This document shows, one piece after another, positions 24,322 to 36,431 of a stretch of 64,000 nt of DNA (its first letter is position 1; every line of letters begins with the position of its first letter). The stretch lies in the NCBI GenBank assembly GCA_964510095.1, contig CAZEAE010000003.1, positions 12,462 to 76,461 on the forward strand, in the 5' to 3' direction. The translations under genes and the position numbers were made by a program. The stretch comes from an uncultured Elusimicrobia bacterium. Its GTDB lineage: Bacteria; Elusimicrobiota; Elusimicrobia; UBA1565; UBA9628. Below the pieces are notes generated by a model that saw nothing but the letters and a program-made list of their open reading frames with translations, made no database searches and was not told the origin of the DNA.

Positions 24322-25361
24322 AGCTTCAACCAGCGCCGCCGCCGCAGCTCTTCGGCTATCTGCACGGAGTTGAGGGCCGCGCCCTTGAGCAGGTTGTCCG
24401 AGACGACCCATAAGGCCAGCTCGGAGCCGTCGACGCCGCGCCGCAGGCGCCCGGCATAGACGGGCCAGCGCCCGGCGGCGGTCTGCGGCGTGGGGTAGTC
24501 CCCCTCCCTCATCAGAACGAGGCCCGGGGCGCGTGCCAAGAGCCTTCTTGCTTGGGCCGGGGAGGCGGGCCTCTTGAGCGTGAGCCAGGCGGCCAGGGAG
24601 TGTCCCCGCACGACCGGGACCCGGACTGCGGTCACGCTGACCTCGAGCGACGGCGCCGCCCAAAGCTTGCGCAGCTCGGCGGCGACCTTGACCTCTTCGC
24701 CGGAGCGCCCCTGCGCGTCGAAGCCGCCGACTTGGGGGAAGACGTTGAGCGCGGCGGAGCGCGGCAAGGCGGCCGCGGCCGGGGCTTTCGGGCAGGGCGC
24801 GCGGCCGCCCCCGCGCAGCCCCGACGCGAGCCGCCGGTTCTGGGCGAAGAATTCGTTCAAGGCTTCTTTGCCGGCGCCCGAGACCGCCTGGTAGGAGGCG
24901 ATGCGGGCCTGGCGGACGCCGAGGGCGCGGTGCAGCGGGTGGCCGGCGACGGCGATGCCGGTGACCGTGCAGTTGGGCCCGGCGATCAGGCGGCTCTTGA
25001 AGCGGAGCGCTTCGGGATTCACTTCCGGGATGACCAGAGGCACCTTCGTGTCGAGGCGGAACTCGGAGCTGTCGTCGATGACCCAGACGCCGCGGGCCGC
25101 CAGCGAGGGGCCGTAGCGGCGGGCCACGTCCTCGGAGCTGACGAGGAACACCAGCTGGCAGGAGGCCAGGGCGGCGGCGTCGACGCCGGGAGCGGCGAGG
25201 GTCTTGCCGCGGAAGCGCACGTCCTGACGTTTACGTCCGGAGGAGAAGGGCAGGAGCGCCGACACCGGGAAGCGCCGGGCCTCCAGGAGGTCCAGGACCT
25301 CCCGGCCGACCATGCCGGTGGCGCCGACGACGGCGACCCGCAGGCCGCGCTTAGGGGCCAT
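24318..25361 (-). CDS. asd: aspartate-semialdehyde dehydrogenase
   Basis: VAVVGATGMVGREVL NAD(P) motif, active-site Cys in IAGPNCTVTG, 347 aa. Confidence 0.8.
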   Translation of the reverse strand: MAPKRGLRVAVVGATGMVGREVLDLLEARRFPVSALLPFSSGRKRQDVRFRGKTLAAPGVDAAALASCQLVFLVSSEDVARRYGPSLAARGVWVIDDSSEFRLDTKVPLVIPEVNPEALRFKSRLIAGPNCTVTGIAVAGHPLHRALGVRQARIASYQAVSGAGKEALNEFFAQNRRLASGLRGGGRAPCPKAPAAAALPRSAALNVFPQVGGFDAQGRSGEEVKVAAELRKLWAAPSLEVSVTAVRVPVVRGHSLAAWLTLKRPASPAQARRLLARAPGLVLMREGDYPTPQTAAGRWPVYAGRLRRGVDGSELALWVVSDNLLKGAALNSVQIAEELRRRRWLKL

Positions 25362-26334
25362 AAGGAACGACGGAAGGCTCGCTTTGTCCGGTCACGCCGG
25401 ACACGTTGCGCGCCGCGCCGCGCAGGTAGAGCCCGGCGCCGACCTTATCGGCGGGCAGGCTGAACAGGAAGGGCTGGCGGCGCTGCAGGCGCGTGATGCG
25501 CTCCCAATCCAGCTGGTCGCGGGAGCTTTCGACCCAGGCTTCGTCGATGTTCTCTCCCGACACCGAGAAGGACGCCACGTAGCGCTTGCCCGCCCTTTGG
25601 GCGCTGAACTCCGTGACCGCGATCTCCTCGGAGCCGGAGGGCACGAGCTTGATGGCAAGGGCCGGGTAGATGCTGTTGATCGGGGTTTCCAGGGCCGTGG
25701 CGGCGTTGCGCGGCGGCACGCCCGAGATCGAGTGGTTGTTCCAGGCGCGGGTCTCGCGCGGAGAAGAATCCTCGACGGGGGCGGCGGCCAGGATGGGCGC
25801 GCTCGAGGCTCGGACGAAGTGCTGCGTCGGCGACCAGACGATGAGGTAGTTGGGCTGCGAGAAGCTGACCATGGCGCGAGGCACCTCGGCCCAGAACCAG
25901 TCCGACCCGCCGACGCCTTCGAGGTAGGCATGAGCGTCGGGCTCCAAGGGCAGGTCGGAGGTCTCGGCAAGGAAGAAGCTCTGCTCAGCGGTGAAAGACG
26001 GCGTCTGCGACACGCCCATGTAGACCTTGCCTGCGATGAGCTCGCGCAGCCAGGGCTTGTCGACGTTGGGGCGGGTCTTGGCGCGGCCTATCTTCGCGCC
26101 GATGAAAGCCCTGGAGAAATCCCCCAGCGGCGCCGGCGGGAGCTTGATGATCCAGGCGTTGTTGAAGCCGATGAACCAGTTGGCATCAGAACCGCTATCG
26201 GCGAAGCGGCCGAAGTCGTTGATGCTGGCCGCCAGCGAAAGATAGGTCGGCAGGATCGTGCTTGTTGAGAACACGGGGGCTTCAAAGCCCCAACTGGTCC
26301 CCGCCAGGAAGATTGCTAAATACGAAAAAATCAT
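25351..26334 (-). CDS. hypothetical secreted protein
   Basis: N-terminal hydrophobic segment MIFSYLAIFLAGTSWG, no recognisable catalytic motifs. Confidence 0.35.
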   Translation of the reverse strand: MIFSYLAIFLAGTSWGFEAPVFSTSTILPTYLSLAASINDFGRFADSGSDANWFIGFNNAWIIKLPPAPLGDFSRAFIGAKIGRAKTRPNVDKPWLRELIAGKVYMGVSQTPSFTAEQSFFLAETSDLPLEPDAHAYLEGVGGSDWFWAEVPRAMVSFSQPNYLIVWSPTQHFVRASSAPILAAAPVEDSSPRETRAWNNHSISGVPPRNAATALETPINSIYPALAIKLVPSGSEEIAVTEFSAQRAGKRYVASFSVSGENIDEAWVESSRDQLDWERITRLQRRQPFLFSLPADKVGAGLYLRGAARNVSGVTGQSEPSVVPYGP

Positions 26335-27215
26335 TATTTTTTAAACATATTTACGATTTTATCAAAGTCCGTCAACGAGTAAAAATGGATCGTGATCTTG
26401 CCCTTGGTTGGATCCTTTTTCGTCCGGATGTCTACCTTGGTGCCCAAGACCTGCTGCAAGGCGCCCTCCAGGGCCTTGATATCGGCTGATTTCGGGGTTT
26501 GGGGTTTTATGGAAGGCAAGGGGGTTTCCAATCCTTCGCCAGCCTCGACCTTGCGGGCCAGGTCTTCGGTTTCACGCACCGAGAGGCGGCGTTCCTGGAC
26601 TATATCAAAAAGTCCTTTTCTTTCCAGCGGATTTTTAACAACAAGCAAGGCTCGGCCATGGCCTTCGCTGATCTGGCCGAACTCTAGGGCCTTCTGGATC
26701 TCGTCGGAAAGTTCGAGCAAGCGTAGTGTGTTGGAGATCACGGCCTTGGACTTTCCTACGATCTGGCCGAGTTCGGTCTGATTGATCGAGAACTCTTTCA
26801 TCAATCGAAGGAAGCCTAGCGCTTCTTCGATGGCATTAAGATCCTCTCGCTGGATGTTCTCGATAAGAGCCAAAGCCAAGCGCTCTTTGTCTGATTTCGG
26901 GTGTCGAACGATCACCTCGACTTCATCGAGGCCGGCGAGTTCGCAGGCGCGCAGACGGCGTTCTCCCGCGATGAGTTCATAGGAGTTGTCGCTCTTGTCG
27001 AAGGATACGAGGATGGGTTGGGCTAGTCCATGCTCCTTGATGGAGGCGGATAATTCGCTCAAGCGTTCCGGGTCGAAATGGCGTCGCGGCTGGAGGCGGT
27101 TCGGCCGGATCTTAGAGATAGAAATCAGTGACGTTTGTTCTTTTGGGGTGATCACCGAGGGCTTTGGGGCGACAGGAATGAGAGCATCAAGACCGCGGCC
27201 TAGGGCGTTTCTCAT
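26334..27215 (-). CDS. parB: chromosome partitioning protein ParB
   Basis: GERRLRA ParB box (LIAGERRLRACELAGL), HTH, 293 aa; overlaps parA stop. Confidence 0.9.
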   Translation of the reverse strand: MRNALGRGLDALIPVAPKPSVITPKEQTSLISISKIRPNRLQPRRHFDPERLSELSASIKEHGLAQPILVSFDKSDNSYELIAGERRLRACELAGLDEVEVIVRHPKSDKERLALALIENIQREDLNAIEEALGFLRLMKEFSINQTELGQIVGKSKAVISNTLRLLELSDEIQKALEFGQISEGHGRALLVVKNPLERKGLFDIVQERRLSVRETEDLARKVEAGEGLETPLPSIKPQTPKSADIKALEGALQQVLGTKVDIRTKKDPTKGKITIHFYSLTDFDKIVNMFKK

Positions 27216-28024
27216 GAGGGATTCTCCAGTGTGATGGTTTCCGTAGGTGCGGGCAGGTCGACGCCGCGGCGGGCAAGAAGCTCGCGAGCGAAGGCTGCAT
27301 AGGCTTCAGCTCCCTTGGATTTTGGGTCGTACTGAAATATGCTTTGACCGAACCCCGGCGCTTCGGCAATGCGGATGTTTCTGGGGATGATCGTGGAAAA
27401 CATTCGGGGTCCGAAAAACTTGCCGACCTCGTCTTTGACCTGATTAGAGAGCGTCATCCGGGCATCGAACATGGTAAGTACCCCCCCCTCTATCACTAGG
27501 TTAGGGTTGAGGGCTTGCTGAATCCGTTGGACCGCGTCTATGAACTGGGCCAATCCCTCCATGGCATAATATTCGCCCTGGATCGGTACGATGGTCTTGG
27601 ATGCGGCATTGAGAGCGTTGATCGTCAATAGGCCAAGAGAAGGCGGGCAGTCGATGATAATGTAGTCGAAGCGGTCCTTGATGCCGCTTAAGGCTCCCTT
27701 GAGCCTGCTTTCTCGGGCAAGCGCGGATACGAGTTCGACTTCTGCGCCGATCAGGTCTTGATTTGAGCCGGCAACGGACAAAAAAGAGAGCGCTGTCTCT
27801 TTGATGGTTTTTTCCAGAGGCATCAATTCAACGAGCACGTTGTAGATGTTCGGGGTAAAAGAACGCTTGTCAAAACCGAGGCCGGAGGTGGCGTTTCCTT
27901 GGGGATCCATGTCTATTAGCAATGTTCTTTTCCCGTGGCTGGCTAGGGCTGCGGCCAAATTGACGGCCGTTGTCGTTTTTCCCACCCCCCCTTTTTGATT
28001 CGCTATCGCAATTATTTCAGACAT
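27212..28024 (-). CDS. parA: chromosome partitioning ATPase ParA/Soj
   Basis: deviant Walker A NQKGGVGKTTTAVNLA, 270 aa. Confidence 0.9.
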   Translation of the reverse strand: MSEIIAIANQKGGVGKTTTAVNLAAALASHGKRTLLIDMDPQGNATSGLGFDKRSFTPNIYNVLVELMPLEKTIKETALSFLSVAGSNQDLIGAEVELVSALARESRLKGALSGIKDRFDYIIIDCPPSLGLLTINALNAASKTIVPIQGEYYAMEGLAQFIDAVQRIQQALNPNLVIEGGVLTMFDARMTLSNQVKDEVGKFFGPRMFSTIIPRNIRIAEAPGFGQSIFQYDPKSKGAEAYAAFARELLARRGVDLPAPTETITLENPS

Positions 28025-28274
28025 TGGTGTTTTTAAAAGTTTTCACGTGGAAACTCTGTTTTTTTCCTGGAAAGTGATAAAACTATAACAGATAACCCAG
28101 ATTCTGTCAATAAAAAAAGTCGTTGCGGCTGTTCAATATGTGTTATATATTGATATATATTATCTTTTATGTGTTTTAGTTGCTATGTATTATCATATAG
28201 TGACTTCTATTATCTTGCAAAGGTCGTCTATTTCAAATACAATGGCAGGCCGCAAAAAAAGGGGGGGGCTGGCT

Positions 28275-29633
28275 ATGGAAAAGAACCGCAAGCTCGACGG
28301 CTTGCTTCGCTCGATCCGTGCGGGGCAGACGCAGACCGTTCTTTTGGCTTTTCCCGACATGCAGGGCCGCTGGATGGGAAAGCGCGCCACAGGCCGGCAT
28401 TTCGCCGAGACCGTTTCGCGGCACGGCACGCATGCCTGCGCCTATCTGCTGACCGTAGACATGGAGATGGATCCGGTGCCCGGCTATGAGCTGACGAGCT
28501 GGGCCAAGGGCTACCAGGATTTCCTGCTGGCGCCGGACCTCTCGACGATCCGGCCGCTGCCTTGGCAGCCGGGCACGACCTTGATCGTCTGCGACCTCAA
28601 AAGCGCCGATGGCACAAAACCCGTGGCGGTCGCGCCGCGCCAGATCTTGAGAGACCAGGTCTCACGGGCCGCCGCCGAAGGCTTCAGCTTGAAGATGGCT
28701 TCCGAGCTGGAGTTCTATCTCTTCAAAGAGACCTACGACAGCGCGCAGAAGAAGCGCTGGCATGACCTGGAGCATTTCGGCTCCTATATCGAGGACTACC
28801 ACATCCTGCAGGGCACCAAGGAAGAGTTCGTCGTCGGCGACATCCGTAATCTCATGGAGAAGGCCGGCATCCCCGTGGAGACCTCCAAGGGGGAATGGGG
28901 ACCGGGTCAGCACGAGATCAACCTGGGCTATGCGGGACCCGTCGAGACGGCCGACTGGCATACGATCTATAAACACGGAGCCAAGGAGATCGCCATGCAG
29001 AAGGGCGTCAGCATGACCTTCATGGCGAAATTCGATTCCAAGCTGGCGGGGTCTTCCTGCCATATCCACACGAGCTTGTGGGACAAGGCCGGCAAGAAGC
29101 CGCTCTTCTGGGAGGGGGGGAAAGCCAGCAAGCTCTTCCGTCATTTCCTGGGCGGGCAGATGGCCTTGGCGCGCGAGCTGTCCTATTTCTACGCCCCGAC
29201 GGTCAACTCCTACAAGCGTTATCAGTCGTCCACCTTCGCGCCGACGCGCATCGCTTGGGCGGCCGACAACCGGACTTGCGGCTTCCGCACCGTCGGAGAG
29301 GGGGGGGCTTACCGCATCGAGAACCGCATCCCCGGCGCCGACGTGAACCCTTATCTGGCTTTCGCGGCCACCATCGCCGCCGGTCTCTACGGCATCAAGA
29401 ACAAGATCGAGCCGCCGCCGGAGCTCAAGGGCAACGCCTACGAGAGCAAGGTCGCGCCCGTGCCCAAGACCCTGCACGAAGCCATCGCGCTGCTCGAGAA
29501 GTCCAAGGCCGCCCAGCAGGCCTTCGGTGAAACGGTGTTCAAGCACTACCTGCACACGGCGCGCGCCGAACAAGCGGCGTACGACCGGGCGGTGACTTGC
29601 TGGGAGCGCGAGAGGAATTTCGAGCGGATCTGA
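28275..29633 (+). CDS. glutamine synthetase family protein (GlnA-like; possibly gamma-glutamyl-polyamine synthetase type)
   Basis: GEWGPGQHEINLGY and KFDSKLAGSSCHIHTSLW GS catalytic signatures; start moved to ATG 28275 preceded by G8 Shine-Dalgarno-like tract; ORF-track N-extension lies in AT-rich intergenic DNA. Confidence 0.75.
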   Translation: MEKNRKLDGLLRSIRAGQTQTVLLAFPDMQGRWMGKRATGRHFAETVSRHGTHACAYLLTVDMEMDPVPGYELTSWAKGYQDFLLAPDLSTIRPLPWQPGTTLIVCDLKSADGTKPVAVAPRQILRDQVSRAAAEGFSLKMASELEFYLFKETYDSAQKKRWHDLEHFGSYIEDYHILQGTKEEFVVGDIRNLMEKAGIPVETSKGEWGPGQHEINLGYAGPVETADWHTIYKHGAKEIAMQKGVSMTFMAKFDSKLAGSSCHIHTSLWDKAGKKPLFWEGGKASKLFRHFLGGQMALARELSYFYAPTVNSYKRYQSSTFAPTRIAWAADNRTCGFRTVGEGGAYRIENRIPGADVNPYLAFAATIAAGLYGIKNKIEPPPELKGNAYESKVAPVPKTLHEAIALLEKSKAAQQAFGETVFKHYLHTARAEQAAYDRAVTCWERERNFERI

Positions 29634-29636
29634 GGG

Positions 29637-30098
29637 CTAGGCTTCGACGCGCTGGATCGCCTCGAAGATCTCGAGGGGCTCCGGCAGGTCGCGGAAATAC
29701 TCCAGGGTGATCGCGACGAAGCAGAGCTTGGCGCCTTGGCTCTGGGCATGGATCTCGCGGGACAGATAGATCCGCCCGAAAGGCGCGGCCTCCAGCAGCA
29801 GCTCCGCCGCCCTGGTGTCCGTGACGTGCAGGCCCATGCGGAGGAAGACGCGGTCGGGATCCTTCCGGGCGCCATTGTCCTTGGCGCAGCGCGCCTGCAG
29901 CGCCAGCGCGCAGGCCAAGGCGCTGGGGGCCAGGGGGAACTCGCAGACGGAGATCTCGCCGCAGGAGCGCACGAGCGCGCCGCCGTGCTTTCGCAGCAGG
30001 CCCTCGAGCACGAGGCTGGAGGCGTCGACGAAATCGACCTCGGGCGGGGGCTTCGTCCGTCCCGGGGTTCGGCTCGTCACCAAGAGGAATGCGGGCAT
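29637..30098 (-). CDS. degenerate class III nucleotidyl-cyclase homology domain (CHD) protein, 153 aa
   Basis: Start MPAFLLV (ATG 30098..30096) overlaps kinase stop (ATGA); VDFVDASS and SCGEISVCEF align to CHD metal-binding blocks; RMGLHVTDT; segment corresponding to the GxxVNxAxR block absent. Confidence 0.45.
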   Translation of the reverse strand: MPAFLLVTSRTPGRTKPPPEVDFVDASSLVLEGLLRKHGGALVRSCGEISVCEFPLAPSALACALALQARCAKDNGARKDPDRVFLRMGLHVTDTRAAELLLEAAPFGRIYLSREIHAQSQGAKLCFVAITLEYFRDLPEPLEIFEAIQRVEA

Positions 30099-31372
30099 CA
30101 GGCGGCTCCGATCGCTTTGGCGAATTCCGCGACCGATTGGAACCGATCTTCCGCCTTGAAGCTCATGCAGCGCTCCACCGCGCGGGAGAGCTCCGGAGGC
30201 ACCGAGGGCTCCAGGTCCGCCAGGGGTTTGAAGTCCTGTTTTTCCTTCTGTATGTAGAAGTTCGGCCCCGTGAAGGGCTGCTCGCCGCCCAGCAGCTCGT
30301 AGACGGTGGCGCCTAGGGCGAAGATGTCGGCGCGCAGGTCCGAGCGACCTCGCTCCTGCTCCGGCGCCATGTAGGCCAGCGTGCCGGAGGTGTCCAGCTT
30401 GGTCTTGGAAAGCCTTTCCGCCGTATCCTTGATCTGCCGGGCGACCCCGAAATCCATGACCTTCGCGTAACCGTGCTTGGTCAGCATGATGTTGGAGGGC
30501 TTGATGTCGCGGTGCACGACCTTGCAGGAGTGCGCGTAGGCCAGCGCTTCGCAGATGCATTTGAGCACCGGCTTGGCCTTTTCGGCGGGCATGACCCGTT
30601 TGGTATCCAGATATTCCTGCAGCGTTTTGCCGTCGACGTACTCGAAGATCAGATAGAGCTCAGCGCCCTCGTCTAGGATCGCGTAGATGTCGGCGATGAA
30701 GGGGTGGTGCAAAGACGCCGACAACTTGGCCTCCTTGAGGAACAGGGTCTTGTCGCGCCCGGCCAGCTTCAGCGCGGGCAGCATGCGTTTTATGGCCACG
30801 GGCCGGTCGAGCGAGTGGTCCCGGCCCTCGTAGACGATGCCCATGCCGCCGCTGCCGAGCTCGCGCTTCAGTTCATACTTGCCCGCCAGCCAGCCGGCCG
30901 GCTTGACCGGCGCCGCCGGTCCAGCGGGGACGGGCTTCTCCGGCGTCTTGGGAGCGACCAGCTCGAAGGTCCCGCCCTGCGCCGAGCAGCAGCGGGCGGT
31001 CTCGGCGAGCCATTCGTCGCGTTCGGCCAGCCTTTCCGGGGCGGCCGCCGTCCAGCTGTCGTCCCGAAAAAACAAGAGCAAGGTCTCAGGCGCCTTGTCC
31101 GGCAGGGCGACGGTCAGCAAGAGGCAGGGCTCTTGGTCCGGCGGCCCGGCTTTCAGGCGTACGATGGACGAAAGAGCGGCCTCATAAAGGACGGGCCCCG
31201 GCTCCTTCTCGCGCATGGCGGCCAGGTCGTAGTAGGCCGCGCAGAGCACCAGCCGCCGGTCGGTCAGGTATGAGTGGCAGAGCCGGCCGCTCAGGCCGCT
31301 TGCCGGCCTGAGGAAATGGCCGTTGGCGGCTTCTTTGACCAGGCTCTCGCCGTCGGCTAAGGGGATCACCAT
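30098..31372 (-). CDS. Hanks-type Ser/Thr protein kinase with N-terminal bacterial PH/GRAM-like domain
   Basis: VAIKRM Lys, VHRDIKPSNIML catalytic loop, MDFG, YMAPEQ; N-terminal 170 aa with LTDRRLVL bPH-like pattern; 7-nt overlap with upstream HD-GYP gene. Confidence 0.85.
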   Translation of the reverse strand: MVIPLADGESLVKEAANGHFLRPASGLSGRLCHSYLTDRRLVLCAAYYDLAAMREKEPGPVLYEAALSSIVRLKAGPPDQEPCLLLTVALPDKAPETLLLFFRDDSWTAAAPERLAERDEWLAETARCCSAQGGTFELVAPKTPEKPVPAGPAAPVKPAGWLAGKYELKRELGSGGMGIVYEGRDHSLDRPVAIKRMLPALKLAGRDKTLFLKEAKLSASLHHPFIADIYAILDEGAELYLIFEYVDGKTLQEYLDTKRVMPAEKAKPVLKCICEALAYAHSCKVVHRDIKPSNIMLTKHGYAKVMDFGVARQIKDTAERLSKTKLDTSGTLAYMAPEQERGRSDLRADIFALGATVYELLGGEQPFTGPNFYIQKEKQDFKPLADLEPSVPPELSRAVERCMSFKAEDRFQSVAEFAKAIGAA

Positions 31373-32448
31373 GCCGTCGAGCGGGAGGCGAGGAGGTCCA
31401 CGAAGGCTTTCACTACTTTAGGGTCGAAGCTCTTGCCGGCCCCGTCCTGGGCTTCCTGAAGGGCCTTCTGATGGAGGTCGCGGCCGCGCAAGCCGACCAT
31501 GCGCAGGTCCTCGACGGCCTCGACCAAGCTCAGGATGCGAGCGCCCAACGGGATGGCGTCACCCGCGAGCTTGTCTGGAAAGCCCGCGCCGTCGAACCTT
31601 TCATGATGATGCAGGATCAGAGGGACGGCCCCCTCCATCATCGTGATGCCCTCGAGCATCTTGGCGGACAAGGTCGGATGCAGCTCTTCGGAGGCCTTCA
31701 TGACGCCCATGTCGGCGAGGAACTCCGCGCTATTCATGGCGATGTAGCCGATGTCATGGAGCATGCCCGCGTAATAGAGCATGCGGTAGTCGTGGTCTTC
31801 GACGCCCAGCGATCGGCCGATAGCGCGGGCCAGCTTGGCCGAGCGCATGCAGTGGCCTTCCATGTTGGGGCGGGTCGTCTCCACCGCCAGGCAGAGCAGG
31901 TCCAGGCCATGGGTCAGGAAGTTGTTCTGCTCGGCGTTGGTCTTGGTGTGCGAGATGCTGGCGGCGGCAAAAGAAGCCATGTGGGTGAGCAGGTCGACGT
32001 GCTCCTGGGTGTAGCTGCCGGAGCGGCGGTTGAGCACCTCGACGACGCCGATGAGCTCGTCGCGGAAGACCATCGGCACGCAGAGGGCGGAGCGGGTCAC
32101 GAAGCCCGTCTTGCGGTCGAAATCGGCGGCGAAATGCGGGTCCTTCCGGGTGTCTTCGACCACCTCGGGCTTGCCGCTCTGGGCCACCCAGCCGGCGATG
32201 CCCTGCCCGAGGGGAAGGCGCATGGTCTTGAGGCTTTGCCCTTTCTCGCCGGAGGCGACCTTGAAGAAGAGGTGCTGCTTGTCGTCGGTGACCAGCATGA
32301 TGGCGCTGGCCTCGCTGTCGAGCAGCTGTTCGGCGGCGGTGCCGATCTTCTGCAGGAGGAAGTCCAGGTCGACGGCGGAGTTCAGGCTGCCGGCGATGGA
32401 GAAAAGACCAAGCGCTTTCTTGACGTCGGCTTCCCCGTTGACGCTCAC
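31366..32448 (-). CDS. GAF domain - HD-GYP phosphodiesterase (GFP variant of GYP motif)
   Basis: N-terminal GAF, HD motif MLHDIGY, HHERFDGAGFP downstream motif; start abuts pilB-like stop with zero spacer. Confidence 0.8.
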   Translation of the reverse strand: MSVNGEADVKKALGLFSIAGSLNSAVDLDFLLQKIGTAAEQLLDSEASAIMLVTDDKQHLFFKVASGEKGQSLKTMRLPLGQGIAGWVAQSGKPEVVEDTRKDPHFAADFDRKTGFVTRSALCVPMVFRDELIGVVEVLNRRSGSYTQEHVDLLTHMASFAAASISHTKTNAEQNNFLTHGLDLLCLAVETTRPNMEGHCMRSAKLARAIGRSLGVEDHDYRMLYYAGMLHDIGYIAMNSAEFLADMGVMKASEELHPTLSAKMLEGITMMEGAVPLILHHHERFDGAGFPDKLAGDAIPLGARILSLVEAVEDLRMVGLRGRDLHQKALQEAQDGAGKSFDPKVVKAFVDLLASRSTAW

Positions 32449-34234
<1,786 letters not shown>

Positions 34235-34245
<11 letters not shown>

Positions 34246-34798
34246 GGGGGGAAACCTTGTAGACCTTGGTCATCTTGGCCACCCCTTTGAGCTGCAGGGG
34301 GTCGACCTCGGCGCAGGCGACCTCGGCCTTGCTCATGGAGAGGTAGACGGCCTCGGTGAAGAACACCTCGCCGGGCGCGGCCAGATTGCCGAGCTGGGCC
34401 GTGATGCTGACCGGTTCGCCGAAGATGTCTCCGTCGGTCAGATGGATCTCGCCCATGTTGACGGCGATGCGGATCTCGATGCGCTCCGCCTCGGGCCGGT
34501 AGGAGTTATAGCGCGCCAGGGCGTCTTGGGCCGCGGCCGCGCCCAGCACGGCGTTGGTGGGGCTGTCGAAGACGAGCAGGTAGGCTTCCCCGATCGTGTT
34601 GATGAGCTTTCCGCCGCGGCTCTGCAGCACCGGCAGGACGATCTGTTTCTGCTTTTCGAGCAGGGAAAGCAGGGCGGCCCGGCTGATCTGATTGGTCTTC
34701 TTCGTGAAGTCCTTGATATCCGTGCGCATGATCGTCAGGACTCGGGTATCGCTGCTGTTCATCAGGAGCAGGATAGCCCCGCTTGAGTCGCCTGTCAA
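34235..34798 (-). CDS. class III nucleotidyl-cyclase homology domain protein, 187 aa, non-canonical active site
   Basis: TDIKDFT, GGKLINTIGEAYLLVF, RIEIRIAVNMGEIHLTDGDIFGEPVSITAQL, LKGVAKMTKVYKV align to CHD blocks; second metal Asp appears as Glu; Asn/Arg of the VNxAxR block appear as Ser/Gln; overlaps ATPase start. Confidence 0.55.
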
Positions 34799-35358
34799 GC
34801 GTTAGGCTGGGTCGGCAGGGGGCAGGCCGGGGCGTAGCAGCGGGAGATCGCCAGGCTGGCCAGCGTCCAGCCGGCCACGGCATCGACGACATACAGGAAG
34901 GCGAAGCCGAACGGGAACTTCCACCAGACGAAGTTAGACATCTGGCCCAGCACTCCGACGCAGATGCCGAAGAAAGCGCCGTACAAGGCGGCGTCCTTGA
35001 GGGTCAGGCCGGGGATCTTGCCCAGGATCCAGGTCCAAAAGAAGGCGCCCACCGTCTGGATGAGCAGGCCTAAGGCCATCGTCTTGCCCATGGAGCCCCA
35101 GCCGGCCTTGTGATAGGACAGGAATAGGAACGGGTCGGTCGGCGCGGTCTTGCCTGAGGGGTCGTTGGCCAACAGGTAGACGCCGCCTTGCAGGGCGGAG
35201 GCTTCGAGGCTGTGCACGAGGGGCGCGGCGTCCGGGAGTTGGGCAACGCTCCTATTATGGAAAGGCAGCGCCATCCAAGACAGGGCCTGCCAGACGAAGA
35301 CGATCAACCCGCCGACGACGGCGCCTTTCCATGGCGAAAGGCAGCGGTGTTCGATCAT
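34795..35358 (-). CDS. small integral membrane protein (4 predicted TM), unknown function
   Basis: start at MIEHRC overlapping arginase-family stop; stop overlaps CHD gene start. Confidence 0.4.
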   Translation of the reverse strand: MIEHRCLSPWKGAVVGGLIVFVWQALSWMALPFHNRSVAQLPDAAPLVHSLEASALQGGVYLLANDPSGKTAPTDPFLFLSYHKAGWGSMGKTMALGLLIQTVGAFFWTWILGKIPGLTLKDAALYGAFFGICVGVLGQMSNFVWWKFPFGFAFLYVVDAVAGWTLASLAISRCYAPACPLPTQPNA

Positions 35359-36410
35359 GCGGCGTCCCGCGTCTTGGCCAGGCCTTGGCTGGCCAAGGCC
35401 CAACCGGTCATCTTGTAGAGGAGCCGCGCGCCGACATTGGCGTCCCACTCGTTCTTGCCGGCGGGGTCAGGAGCCACTTCGTTGAGGTCGAACCCGACGA
35501 TCCGCCGCCCAGAGCGCGCGACGGCTCCCAGGACGTGGTTGGCTTCGGAGAACTCCAGGCCGCCGGGCACCGGCGTGCCGGTGTGGGGGCAGAAGCGCGG
35601 GTCCAGGCCGTCGATGTCGAAGGTGACCCAGACGTCCTTGGGCAGGGCTTCCGCTATCTCTTGGGCTACCGCGTCGAACGGCTCGCCGGCGAAGCGCCGC
35701 CGGGCCAGGTCGCCGTCATAGAACACGGCGACCCGTTCTTCCTGGGCCGCGCAGAAAGCGGCTTCCTGTTCGGAAAAATCCCTGATGCCCACCTGCACGA
35801 GCTTGGCCACCGCCGGGAGGTCGTTTAAGACGTTGTAAAAGATGGAGGCATGCGACCAGGTGAAGCCTTCGTAGGCCGCTCGCGTGTCGTGATGGGCGTC
35901 GAAATGAAGGATCCCCATGCCGGGATGTCGTTTGGCCGCGGCTTTGATGGCGCCGTAGGGGGTGGAATGGTCGCCGCCGATGATGGCCGGTATCTTCCCG
36001 CTCTCATAGAGCCGCTCGGTCTCTTTCTCGACGTAGGCGTTGAGCCGGTCGCCGAGGCGGTTGACGAGGTCCAGCGCCTTGCGGGGGGATGGCTTTCCGG
36101 CCAGCAGCGCCTTGATCACGAGCTGGGCGGCCTTCTTGGCCTCTTTGTTCCAGGCCCGCACGGCGGGCGATTCGGGCAGCAGGAAGAGCCCCGGTTCGTA
36201 GGGCTTGAGCACGTCGAAATCATAGAGGTCGAGCTGGGCGCTGGCTTCCAGGATGGCGGAGGGGCCCATCGAGGTGCCGCCGCCGTAGGACGTCGTCGCC
36301 TCCCAGGGCACGGGCAGGTAGACGAGGGAGGCATCCTTCTCGGTGAAGGGAAGGCCGAAGATGCCGTCGGCGGCGGAGCCGGGCGCGGCGGGGTCGAAGC
36401 TCTTGGTCAC
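35355..36410 (-). CDS. ureohydrolase, arginase/agmatinase/formiminoglutamase family
   Basis: GGDHS and DAHHD Mn-binding motifs, VTFDIDGLDP, 351 aa. Confidence 0.75.
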   Translation of the reverse strand: MTKSFDPAAPGSAADGIFGLPFTEKDASLVYLPVPWEATTSYGGGTSMGPSAILEASAQLDLYDFDVLKPYEPGLFLLPESPAVRAWNKEAKKAAQLVIKALLAGKPSPRKALDLVNRLGDRLNAYVEKETERLYESGKIPAIIGGDHSTPYGAIKAAAKRHPGMGILHFDAHHDTRAAYEGFTWSHASIFYNVLNDLPAVAKLVQVGIRDFSEQEAAFCAAQEERVAVFYDGDLARRRFAGEPFDAVAQEIAEALPKDVWVTFDIDGLDPRFCPHTGTPVPGGLEFSEANHVLGAVARSGRRIVGFDLNEVAPDPAGKNEWDANVGARLLYKMTGWALASQGLAKTRDAA

Positions 36411-36431
36411 GCCGCTATTATAGAAAATCGC

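Noticed and set aside
28039-28054. parS-like palindrome GTTTTCACGTGGAAAC 15 nt upstream of parA
   Set aside because: It shares the CACGTG core with consensus parS (TGTTTCACGTGAAACA) but has 5 mismatches of 16 and is not a perfect palindrome. I could not find a better parS by eye, so a genuine parS may lie outside my visual scan.
28254-29307. A7G8 homopolymer at the synthetase RBS and G7/G8 runs inside the gene; other C8/G7 runs at 27481, 27981, 37211 and 48071
   Set aside because: All in-gene runs encode Gly-Gly or Pro-Pro codons in a genome with strong GC3 bias. There is no sign of frameshifted alleles, so I do not call phase variation.
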